Shown here: in pieces, positions 20,284 to 29,449 of the stretch
How positions within the stretch are numbered: position 1 is the stretch's first letter
How the letters are laid out: each line of letters opens with the position of its first letter
NCBI GenBank assembly: GCA_963842885.1
Contig: CAWJIE010000007.1
Location: forward strand, 1-64,000
DNA length: 64,000 nt
Direction of reading: 5' to 3'
From: an uncultured Nitrososphaerota archaeon
GTDB taxonomy: Archaea; Thermoproteota; Nitrososphaeria; Conexivisphaerales; DTJL01
Notes under the pieces: generated by a model
The model's database searches: none
What the model saw: only the letters and a program-made list of their open reading frames with translations
Told to the model about the DNA's origin: nothing
Position numbers and translations under genes: made by a program

Positions 20284-20301
20284 CAGCAATAGATATCCAA
20301 A
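20284..20301 (+). repeat. dispersed repeat copy 5, right half
   Basis: CAGCAAtAGAtatccaaa begins at the IS boundary. Confidence 0.8.
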
Positions 20302-20390
20302 TGACTCGTACTGTGGCTCTCATTCGCAGGTCCAAGCCTACCGCAACGTTTGACACAGGATGCTTGGATTCTCTCTTGAGGTCGGTAGAG

Positions 20391-21194
20391 CTAGCCCAGG
20401 AGCGGGGACATGGACTGCAGCAGCGCGTCCTCGAACTGAATGTGGTTGTTGAAGTGGTTGTTGGGGTCCTGGATCAGCACGTACTCCCAGTAGAATTCGA
20501 AGAGGCCGAAGGTCACTATCGACAGTATGAGGTAGAGTACAAAGCTCCTGCTGGGGATCCCGTTGTACCTGTTGAAGGTGAAGTTTGTGCCGAGCGCGGA
20601 AAGCGCCCGAGAAGCGTCCGCCAGCATCCCGTCCTCCCTCCTTTCATGCCTGAAGAAGTCGCCCGTCAGGAAGTAGAGGATATAGAGGCCGGCGATCACG
20701 TCGACGAACGGCACTATCAATAGGATCACCCAGAGCACAGCGCTCTTCTCGGTCTCTTCGATCTGGGCCTGACGCGATGTCGCCTCCATCGAGCCGAGGT
20801 ATGCCTCGACGTTCGCCCCCTTCCTCGAAGCCGCTTCCCTCAGGGCCACCTGCAGGTCTGCGAAGAACCTCTGCTGCCTCGCGAAGTGCTGGTTGCGCCT
20901 CCTGATGAGGAGGTAGATCACGTAGAGGAAGGCCACGGCCAGGGCTAGGATTAAGACAGTGAACACCAACACCGTGGTGCCGGCAAAGAGGCCTGCGACG
21001 GGGGGGCTGTAGGTATTGCCGGACTGCAGGGCCGTCAACACCGGGAAGGCGACGAAGAGCACGAGGACCACTTCGGTCAGCGCTAGGAGTTCGACAGCGA
21101 TGGGAACAAGCATCCACAGAGGGGAGACCCTCGTGTCGGTCATCACCCTCATCTCAGCGTCCTTTCTGAGATTCTGCACAGTGGCGGACAACAT
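20391..21194 (-). CDS. membrane protein, DUF4234-like
   Basis: Repeated TM + (H/N)xHF units; LSIVTFGLFEFYW...DPNNHF. Confidence 0.7.
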   Translation of the reverse strand: MLSATVQNLRKDAEMRVMTDTRVSPLWMLVPIAVELLALTEVVLVLFVAFPVLTALQSGNTYSPPVAGLFAGTTVLVFTVLILALAVAFLYVIYLLIRRRNQHFARQQRFFADLQVALREAASRKGANVEAYLGSMEATSRQAQIEETEKSAVLWVILLIVPFVDVIAGLYILYFLTGDFFRHERREDGMLADASRALSALGTNFTFNRYNGIPSRSFVLYLILSIVTFGLFEFYWEYVLIQDPNNHFNNHIQFEDALLQSMSPLLG

Positions 21195-21286
21195 ATATTC
21201 TACAGCCGTATGAAAGTAATAAAGGTTCGCAAGGGGGACCGTTCAGGCAGGGACCAGCTTCCCCGTAAACCGCGCGCAGTTCTTTT

Positions 21287-21329
21287 GGTCGATGTTATTG
21301 ATTTCTTCTCCAGCAGCAACAGAACCCCA
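21287..21329 (+). repeat. dispersed intergenic repeat, copy 6
   Basis: ggtcgatgttattgatttcttcTCCAGCAGCAACAGAacccca. Confidence 0.85.
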
Positions 21330-21371
21330 GTTAGGCGACGGGCACAATAAAGGAGAATCCGAAGCTGGATG

Positions 21372-21582
21372 CTAATCCTTTGCGATGATGACTTCCGTGG
21401 ACTTGATGATGACCGAGACCTTGTCGCCCTTCATCAGGCCCAGGTCCTGCGCGGCCTCCTTCGTTATCATCGAGGTTATTGTGAAGGGGTCCTTCACGTC
21501 AACCTTCACTACGGCGGCCACCGCCCCCAGCTGGACTGCGGAGACGGTTCCCACGACTTTGTTCCTTGCGCTTATGCTTCAT
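21372..21582 (-). CDS. Mop/TOBE molybdate-tungstate binding protein; 1-nt insertion after codon 2
   Basis: Corrected start MKISARNKVVGTV; ITSMIT...LGL.KGD.V...IKSTEV. Confidence 0.85.
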
Positions 21583-21688
21583 GTCGCATCGACCTCATTC
21601 TTTCGCGATATAAGGAACTCCCCAATCCATAGTAAACGCAGGGGATTCCCAAGGGAATTTAACCCCGTCTCCATGAGGCTCGGTCGAC

Positions 21689-22313
21689 ATGGCTGGCTCG
21701 GATGGATTCGACGCCCTCGTTCAGGAAGCGGCGAAGCTCAGGGGGCATCTCTGCCTCGGCCTCCCCTTGGGGGTAAAGATGGGACTCGAAGGCCTTCGCC
21801 TGCTGAAAATGGAGAAGCCGGAGGAGAGGAACCGCCTGATGGTCGTCGTGGAGAACAACAAGTGCCCCGCCGACGGGATTCAGGTGGCGACGGGCTGCAG
21901 CGCCGGGAGCAGGAGGCTGAAGGTCCTCGATTACGGGAAGTCGGCGGCCGTCTTCTTCGACGGCGCCACAGGGATGGGGTTCAGGGTGAGGACGAAGAAG
22001 GATTTCTCCAGCCGTGCGATGGATTTGGCGATCAAGGACGGGCTCCTCAAGGAGGGTGAGGAGGTCAAGCAGTTCTCGCCCCTAGATAGGAAGATAACCA
22101 TGAACGCCTTCATGAAGATGACGCCTGCGGAGCTCTTCGACGTCCAGAAGGTCAAGATGGTGGGCGAGGCCCCCTTCCTCCCCAGCCTGACCGAGCCGAG
22201 CGCCCTGCTGCTCCAATGCGGCGAGGAGATAATGGACGGGAAGGGAGTAGTGGAGAAGGGCGGGATGCTCTGCGGCTCTTGCGCGCACGAGCCCATACTA
22301 TGTCTCCGCGTAG
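21689..22313 (+). CDS. FmdE family protein with C-terminal zinc finger (frameshifts near 3' end)
   Basis: GHLCLGLPLG, ENNKCPADGIQVATGCSAG and DYGK motifs. Confidence 0.8.
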
Positions 22314-22437
22314 CAGCCTTTCTCGGCACTCCGTCCTGTCCGTCGAGCCTGGCGTGACCCTTCATGTCGTCACAGCTGCCAGCCCGATAGGGTAAACACT
22401 ATAGATTATCAAGAGCTATAGACTCGTCCCCCGGAGG

Positions 22438-23577
22438 ATGACCCATGCCGTTTTCAAAGGTCACCGCAGTCGCGGTGGTTGTGTTGATAGTCTTCGCCGG
22501 GATCGGCGGGTATTTCGTAGGCTCCTGCGAGGGGCCAAGAGCACCGTCGACTTCCCCACGACCCGCGTCATCACCGACATGGACATGACCGGTCGCAATG
22601 TCACCATTCCCACGACCATCAATCGGGTGCTGACGACCGGCCCGGTGGAGATGGAGCTCGTCTACATGCTCGCCCCAGCCAAGCTGGCCGGATTGAGCTT
22701 CACCTACAACGGCGCTCCGACTGCGGGGGAGGCGTTCCCGCCGCTGGTGCCCGACAACATGTCCGGCTTGCCGATGGTCGGAGGCTGGTTCGGCACCCAG
22801 ACGGGCAACTTTGAGACCTTCATAGGCGAAAGGCCGGACATAATACTGGACGCCCAAGAAGACAACGTGATAAGCATCGCTACTTTGCAGCAGGACTTCG
22901 CCAGCATACCGGTGGTCGAGCTCAATTCGACCTGGGCCGACAACGTAACCACCTATGCGGCGGCCATCACCTTCGTGGGCAACCTCTTGGGCGTGCAACA
23001 GCAGGCCCAGAGTCCTCGTGAGCTACTATCAATACACGCGATGAACTACGTGAACAATATCACCTCCCAAATCCCGGTCAGCGCCAGGGTGAAGGTGTAT
23101 TACGCCGAGGGCAGCAACGGGCTCAGCACCGACCCCTTGGGCTCGATGCACACACAGCTCCTGGCCTTCTGCGGAGGCATCAACGTGGCGAATGTCACCC
23201 TCCTGCCCGGCTACGGGATGGCCAGCGTCAATCCCGAGCAGATCCTCCCGTGGAACCCCTCCATGATAATCATCGGTCGGGGGAGCCAGGCCAGCCTCTA
23301 CCAAACGGTCATGTCCAACACCACCTGGAGCAGCATCAGCGCGGTGGTGAATCGAGCAAGGTCTACGTGAGACCGGACAACCCCTTCTCCTGGTTTGACG
23401 GCCCGCCGGGCCCGATGCAGATCGTCGGGATGTACTGGATGGTGCACACTCCTCTACCCGGCCCAGACCTCCGGGCTGAACCTCAGCGGCCAGGTGAAGA
23501 CGTTCTACTCCGAGTTCATGCACTACACTCTCAACAGCACCCAGGTCGCGTCGCTGCTGGCTGGTGGGCCGAGCTAG
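22438..23577 (+). CDS. ABC transporter substrate-binding protein, iron-siderophore/cobalamin type (frameshifted)
   Basis: TDMTGRNVTIP..INRV, GGWFG, KVYYAEG and PFSWFDGPPG motifs. Confidence 0.8.
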
Positions 23578-23626
23578 AGCGCGCAGGCCTACATCGCGCG
23601 CCTGGCTGGGGCGACGTCCGGAGGGA

Positions 23627-24820
23627 GTGGAAACGTTCAAGGGTCGCGTCCGTGCGGGCGTCGCCGCCTGCGGGCAGGCGACCCGAGAGTTCCACTAGCG
23701 CCCGCCCTTGGGACTCGTCCCACCGGCAGGCCGGCAGTGGAGGCGCTAGCGACGGCCGCCGGGAAGCCCGAGCTGGAGACCGGCAGACAGAGCCCGGCCG
23801 CTCCCGAGAAGGTCAGGAGGGACCTCCATCGGCTTCATGCTGCTCGTCCTGACCGTCGTCTGTCGCCATCGTCTCCCTGGCGATAGGAAGGTACCCGGTT
23901 CCGCTCGTGGACGTCGTGAGAATACTTGTGTCCAGGGTGGTCTCGATTCCGCAGGACGTGGCCCGCGATTGAGGACACGGTGGTCATGCAGATAAGGCTC
24001 CCCAGGATCCTGGCGGCCCTGCTCGTCGGCGGCAGCCTCTCGATAGCCGGTGCCTCCTTCCAGGGGCTGTTCCGCAACCCTCTCGTCTCACCTGACATCT
24101 TGGGGGTGTCTGCGGGCGCGAGCGTCGGCGCCGCCCTTGCCATACTCCTCTACGAGAGCCAACGTAATGATTCAGGTGTGGGCATTCTGCTTCGCTCTGG
24201 TGGCCGTGGGGTTGACATATTTCATGAGCAAGCAGGTCAAGGGCAACCCAACCCTCAGCTTGATCTTGGCGGGCATAGCCATCGAGTCGCTCTTCATGGC
24301 GTTCCTCTCGCTGGTCAAGTACGTGGCGAACCCCCACAACCAGCTCCCCGCCATCACCTACTGGTTGATGGGGAGCCTGAACGCCGTCACCATGGGCGAG
24401 CTGACGGTGGCTGCGGTCCCCATGCTGGGAGGGATAGTCGTCCTGTTGCTCATCCGCTGGAGGATCAACGTGGTGGCCATGGGCGAGGAGGAGGCGATGG
24501 CCCTGGGAGTGGACACCAACAAGCTTCGCGCCGTGATCATCGTCTGCTGCACCGTGGTGACCGCTGCGGCGGTGTGCATCAGCGGCACGATAGGCTGGGT
24601 GGGCCTCGTCATCCCTCACATCGGCAGGATGCTGGTCGGGCCGAACCACAAGGTGCTGCTCCCGGTATCGGTGTTGCTGGGCGCGTCCTACCTGCTGATC
24701 ATCGACGACATCGTCCGCACCGCGGCGAGCATCGAAATCCCGATAGGGATCCTCACCGCGATCATCGGCGCCCCGTTCTTCCTGTACCTCCTGAGCAGGG
24801 GACGGTGGGGGTGGGCCTAG
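23627..24820 (+). CDS. FecCD/BtuC family ABC permease (frameshifted, start uncertain)
   Basis: RLPRILAA...FQGLFRNPLVSPDILGVSAGA, EEAMALGV and IGWVGLVIPH motifs. Confidence 0.85.
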
Positions 24821-25662
24821 TGCTGAGGGTGGAGGATGCGGAGTTCTACTACGACGACGCCCACGAAAAGGGCTTCAAGGACGTAAGCTTCTCCCTGAAT
24901 CGGGGCGAAGTGATGTGCATCCTCGGGCCCAACGGCTGCGGCAAGACGACGCTTCTCAAATGCCTGATCGGGCTGCTCAAGCTGAGCAAAGGTCATGTGT
25001 GGTTGGACGGTCAAGAGATCGACAAGCTGGGGCGGCGCGAAGTCGCAAAGGTGGTCGGCTACGTCCCCCAGCTCCATCAGCCGGCATTCCCCTTTTCCGT
25101 GCTCGACGCCGTCCTCATAGGCAGGGCGCCTCACCTGAACTTCCTGGAGTCGCCGGGGAGGAAGGACGAAGAGATCGCCGAAATGGCCATCGATGCGATG
25201 GGCATCACGGGGCTGAGGGACAGGCCCTACACCCAGCTGAGCGGAGGCGAAATGCAGCTGGTGATCTTCGCCCGCGTCCTCGCGCAGCAGCCCAAGCTGC
25301 TTCTGCTGGACGAGCCCACTTCTCATCTGGACTTCGGCAACCAGGTCCGCGTCCTTCACACCGTCGCAGAGCTGGCCTCCACTGGCCTGCCCGTCATCAT
25401 GACTTCACATTTCCCCGACCACGCCTTCCTCTCGTCCAGCAAGGTGGCGATCATGAAGGACAACAAGTTCTTGGCGGTGGGTTCGCCCGATGAAGTGATC
25501 ACCGAAGAGAGCATGGAGAGGATATACGGAATCAAGGTCAAGATCCTCGACGTGGAGGCCCCCGTCGCTCGCAGGATTTGCGTGCCCCTTGCGGGCGACG
25601 GCGAGAGCTCTCAGGAGAAGGTCGCGCTTTTGGAGAGGTTGACAAATGCAAGAGGAAACTGA
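24820..25662 (+). CDS. ABC transporter ATP-binding protein (FepC/BtuD-like)
   Basis: GPNGCGKTT, LSGGE and LLLDEPTSHLD motifs. Confidence 0.9.
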   Translation: MLRVEDAEFYYDDAHEKGFKDVSFSLNRGEVMCILGPNGCGKTTLLKCLIGLLKLSKGHVWLDGQEIDKLGRREVAKVVGYVPQLHQPAFPFSVLDAVLIGRAPHLNFLESPGRKDEEIAEMAIDAMGITGLRDRPYTQLSGGEMQLVIFARVLAQQPKLLLLDEPTSHLDFGNQVRVLHTVAELASTGLPVIMTSHFPDHAFLSSSKVAIMKDNKFLAVGSPDEVITEESMERIYGIKVKILDVEAPVARRICVPLAGDGESSQEKVALLERLTNARGN

Positions 25663-26230
25663 GAAGTTCCTGGCGAAGGCCAAAGAGCTCCATGGCGACA
25701 TCTGCCCTGGGCTGGTCCTGGGCACCAGGCTCGCCTTGGCTGGCATGAGAGCTCTGAGCCTGGACCCCGCCAAGCGCAACCGCGATCTCATCGTCTTCGT
25801 GGAGGTCGACCGATGCATGACGGACGCGGTGCAGGCCGTGACCGGCCGCTCCCTGGGGCATCGGAACTTGAAGTATGTCGACTACGGCAAGTTCGCCGCC
25901 GTGCTCTACGACAGTTCGTCGCACAGGGCGGTGCGCGTCAGCCCTCGCCGGGAGCGCGAAGAAGGCGTCGGGGACATCATCGAGCATTGGAAGACAGCCC
26001 CGGAAGAGGAGCTGGTCAGGATTGAGGAGGTGGAGGTAAGCGTGGAAGCCGACGACCTGCCGGGGAAGCCCCGCTCCAGGGTTCCATGCGGCAAGTGCGG
26101 CGAGATCATCTTCGACAACAGGGTCGTCTCCGTGGGCGGGAAACCCCTGTGCCGGGCCTGTGCCGAGGGAGCCTATTATCGCCCAGTGACCAAGGTGAAG
26201 GGCGAAACAGGCGGAAGGGGAGCGTTATGA
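25646..26230 (+). CDS. FmdE family protein
   Basis: HGDICPGLVLG, DRCMTDAVQAVTG and CGKCGE...CRAC motifs. Confidence 0.85.
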   Translation: MQEETEKFLAKAKELHGDICPGLVLGTRLALAGMRALSLDPAKRNRDLIVFVEVDRCMTDAVQAVTGRSLGHRNLKYVDYGKFAAVLYDSSSHRAVRVSPRREREEGVGDIIEHWKTAPEEELVRIEEVEVSVEADDLPGKPRSRVPCGKCGEIIFDNRVVSVGGKPLCRACAEGAYYRPVTKVKGETGGRGAL

Positions 26231-26973
26231 TGAAACTGATAGACGACCTCATTGCTTCTGTGCGAGGGCACGAAGCACCTGTCAAGGACGTTCGCGTCGG
26301 GGTCTCATGGACGGGCGTCTGGGGGGAATCCTGCGGCCTGTCCAAGACCTACGGCATCCCGGTGGTCCACGGGAACTACACTCGTGACATGGGTCACCTG
26401 ACCGAGAAGACCACGCTGGAGCTGGCCGAGTACTCCAGGTCCTGGAATCTCGTCGAGGCCAGCATTGGCGTCGCGGCGATCAACTCCATGATCGACTGCG
26501 AAAACGCGACCGATGCCAACGCCCAGGAGCTCATCCTGAAGGAGGGGAAGGGCAGGAAGGTGGCAGTCGTCGGCGCCTTTCCATTCAACCCCCAGCTCAG
26601 GAAGCTGGCGAAGGAGATGTGGACGTTCGAGCTCGATCCGGCGCTCCTCAACCCGGCCGAGGGGGCCATAATCGACACCGCGGCCGAGTCCATCATCCCC
26701 GAGTGCGAGATGGTCATCATCACCGGTTCAGCGCTCATCAACAAGTCCTTGGAAAGGCTGCTGGAGCTCTCCCGTTCGGCCAAGGCGTACACCGTGGTCC
26801 TGGGCCCGAGCACCTGCATGAACAGGGTCCTGCTCGACTACGGAGCGGACCTCTTGGGAGGCGTTCAGGTGGTCAAGCCTGAAATGGTGCTCAGGAAGCT
26901 GAGCCAGAGCGGCGGCATGCTGGACTCGAAGGTCTGCCCGGGCGAAATCATCCCCAAGGTCCTGGCAAAATGA
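26227..26973 (+). CDS. DUF364 family (Rossmann-like) protein
   Basis: EASIGVAAINS, VAVVGAFP and ITGSALINKSLERLL...GPST motifs. Confidence 0.8.
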   Translation: MMKLIDDLIASVRGHEAPVKDVRVGVSWTGVWGESCGLSKTYGIPVVHGNYTRDMGHLTEKTTLELAEYSRSWNLVEASIGVAAINSMIDCENATDANAQELILKEGKGRKVAVVGAFPFNPQLRKLAKEMWTFELDPALLNPAEGAIIDTAAESIIPECEMVIITGSALINKSLERLLELSRSAKAYTVVLGPSTCMNRVLLDYGADLLGGVQVVKPEMVLRKLSQSGGMLDSKVCPGEIIPKVLAK

Positions 26974-27609
26974 GCGCGATTACGGACCCCCAGGAATACG
27001 ACAAGGTCGCCAAGCTCGCCTTCGCCCCCATCTACCCGTACCTCGCCCAGCGAATAAAGGAGAAGTTCGGCATCACCGAGGGCATATGCGTTGACGTGGG
27101 CTCGGGACCGGCCTCTCTGGCGATTGCCATGGCACAGCATCACCGACCTGCGAGTGTTCTCACTGGATATCCAAGCTAAGATGGCAGAAGTCGCCCTCAG
27201 GAACATCGCCAAGGCTGGCCTTTCGTCGCGCATCAAGACCGTCACCGCCGACGTATGCAGGATGCCGTTCGAGGACAGGCTCGCAGACCTTGTCGTCAGC
27301 CGCGGGTCCCTTCCGTTCTGGGAAGACCGTAGAGCCGCCTTCCGCGAAATCTATCGAATTCTGAAGGCAGGGGGAACTGCCTATGTGGGAGGCGGTTTTG
27401 GCAGCGAAAAGATAAGGTCCCAGGTCATGAGGGCATTCTCCACGCAGGAGGCCCTGAAGGCCTGCAGAGACAAATTCCTGGAGGGCATGAAGCGGCTCAA
27501 ATTGTCACCCGAGGAGCTTCAGGCGGACCTGGCGGATGCCTCAGTTCCTGGGACCATTGAGAGGGAGAACTGCGGGCTCTGGGTGCAAATAGTCAAGCCC
27601 GGAAGGTAG
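26970..27609 (+). CDS. class I SAM-dependent methyltransferase (frameshift near 27135)
   Basis: VDVGSGP, DLVVSRGS and EIYRILKAGG motifs. Confidence 0.85.
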
Positions 27610-27627
27610 CCCCGCAGACTTGCGACA

Positions 27628-27689
27628 GCCGTCATCATCGGTGAGGTTGAAGGCATTGGTTCCTTTTCCAGCAGCAACAGGTATCCAAA
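27628..27689 (+). repeat. dispersed intergenic repeat, copy 7
   Basis: gccgtcatcatcggtgaggttgaaggcattggttcctttTCCAGCAGCAACAGgtatccaaa. Confidence 0.85.
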
Positions 27690-27837
27690 AACACAGTGGG
27701 ACCAGTGCAGGCGGCAGTTTCACCATCCGATTCCGAAGGTTAATGAGAACATCGATCCTATCTGCTCCTAGTCAGACAACCCGAGTAGCTGCAAAGCATC
27801 GAGGGTAGTAGGCGTAACTGACCGTGCCAGCCATCCA

Positions 27838-28875
27838 TCATGCGATGATGACGGTCTTCATCCCTTCTCCCCTGACGGCCGTCTGAACCGCCTTGTCGAA
27901 GTCGTCTAGGGAGAACCTGTGCGTTATGAGTGACCCGAAGTTGACGCGACGGTCGACCATCATCTCGAGGGCCCTTCTCGTTTCAACGTCGGTGGCCGCA
28001 TAGCTGGAGATAATTGAGACCTCAGAATTGAAGACGTCGCTGATGTCGTAGTCGAGGACGGAGCCCTTGACGGGGACCCCGAAAAGGCAGACCTTCCCTC
28101 CTCGGCGCACCGACTTCAGGGCCTGGACGACTGCCCTCTGGCTTCCCGAAGCGACGATGGCGAGGTCGACCCCTCTCCCTGCCGTGAGGTCTCTCACGGA
28201 GGCCGGGACGTCGTCCTTCCCGGCATCGAAGGTGGAATGGACGCCTGGCCTCCCTGCGAACGCGAGCCTGGGTTCGCTCACGTCGCTGACATACACCTTC
28301 GCTTTCATCGAGAGGAGGAGCAGGGCGTGCGTCATCCCAACGGGACCCGCCCCCACTACGAGGACCGAATCGTCGGCGCTCACCCCGCACCTGTCGATGG
28401 CCCTGATGCAGCAGGCGGCGGGCTCTATCATGCTGGCTTCTTCAAATCCGACGGCCGCCGGTAGCTTCAGGACGCCCCCTCCTTTCACGTTCCACGAAGG
28501 CACCCTGAAGAGCTCGCTGAAGCCCCCCGGTTCGATGTTGCTTCCCCTGTACTCCTTGCACATGGTCTCGTTCCCATGGAGGCAGTAGTGACATCGATGG
28601 CAGGGGACGTGATGGTGGGGGAAGACCCGGTCTCCCTCCCTGAGATCACCCACATCGCCCAGCGTCGAAGCCACCACGCCGACGGCTTCGTGACCTAGGA
28701 CGGGCATGGCCGCCGTGTATTCCCCGTGGAGCTTCTCTATGTCGGTCCCGCAGAGGCCGCAGGCTTTCATCGAGACCAAGAGGTCGCCCTCCTTCAGGAC
28801 AGGGACTGGCACATCCGACAGGGAGGCCCTTGGACTCGCGGCTCCGGGATCCTTCCTTAGGAGCACGGACTTCAA
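27838..28875 (-). CDS. zinc-dependent medium-chain alcohol dehydrogenase
   Basis: CGTD, GHE, CxxCxxC...C and GAGPVG motifs. Confidence 0.9.
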   Translation of the reverse strand: MKSVLLRKDPGAASPRASLSDVPVPVLKEGDLLVSMKACGLCGTDIEKLHGEYTAAMPVLGHEAVGVVASTLGDVGDLREGDRVFPHHHVPCHRCHYCLHGNETMCKEYRGSNIEPGGFSELFRVPSWNVKGGGVLKLPAAVGFEEASMIEPAACCIRAIDRCGVSADDSVLVVGAGPVGMTHALLLLSMKAKVYVSDVSEPRLAFAGRPGVHSTFDAGKDDVPASVRDLTAGRGVDLAIVASGSQRAVVQALKSVRRGGKVCLFGVPVKGSVLDYDISDVFNSEVSIISSYAATDVETRRALEMMVDRRVNFGSLITHRFSLDDFDKAVQTAVRGEGMKTVIIA

Positions 28876-29002
28876 TTCATCAGCTTCCGCCAAGCTGTGA
28901 ACCGACAGGGAGATATAAGCCGTATCGGAGGCCACCCTTCCGCCCTGTGATAACCCATTTTAACCGCCTCCTCCATGCTTGCCCTCGATATCCTTGTTTC
29001 CG

Positions 29003-29383
29003 ATGCGACGCGAGAACGTCCGCTCAGTGTACAGGCGCGGCCTCATCGCCATCCTCCTAGTCGCCTCCGTCCTCTTGGTGGGGACCATCGGCATGCACCT
29101 CATCGAGGGCTACTCCTACATAGAATCGTTCTACTTTATGTCGATGCTGGCGACGGCGCAGGGGCCTGCCAACACCCCCTCCACGGTGGCAGGGAAACTC
29201 TTCGCGTCTCTGATGGCCTTCGTCTCCGTCGGGACAGTGGTCGCGTCGCTCGGTTTCCTCTTCGGGCCGTTCTTCGGGGCCGTGTGGAGGGTGGGCGTTC
29301 AGAGGGTCGAAGAGGAGGAAGCCCGGCTGAAGAAGGAAGGCGAGAAGGCCGGAACGAAATCAGACGAGCCACCGGCGAACTAG
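29003..29383 (+). CDS. 2-TM ion-channel pore-like protein with non-canonical filter
   Basis: TM - EGYSYIESFYF pore helix - ATAQGP - TVAGKLF - TM. Confidence 0.6.
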   Translation: MRRENVRSVYRRGLIAILLVASVLLVGTIGMHLIEGYSYIESFYFMSMLATAQGPANTPSTVAGKLFASLMAFVSVGTVVASLGFLFGPFFGAVWRVGVQRVEEEEARLKKEGEKAGTKSDEPPAN

Positions 29384-29449
29384 GCTCTCCGCGCTGGAGC
29401 TCGGCGACGCGGACGCAGGTCTCGGGCGACTTCGCGGGGAGCGGAGGGC

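Larger units (their letters stand above)
19004..20285 (-). mobile_element. IS110-family insertion sequence (~1.28 kb) with sub-terminal inverted repeats and CA core
   Basis: IR ATGAAAGATGCCCC at 19007-19020 vs GGGGCGTCTTTCAT at 20265-20278 (13/14); CA at 19002-19003 and 20284-20285; removing the element restores the repeat. Confidence 0.9.

Noticed and set aside
23926-25662. 578-aa permease-ATPase fusion ORF
   Set aside because: Artefact of a frameshift in the permease; the permease ends at TAG 24820 and the ATPase starts at the overlapping GTG.
3807-27689. Dispersed repeat as CRISPR repeats or canonical integron attC sites
   Set aside because: Copies are 0.8-10 kb apart and divergent; there are no RYYYAAC/GTTRRRY boxes and no intI in the window.
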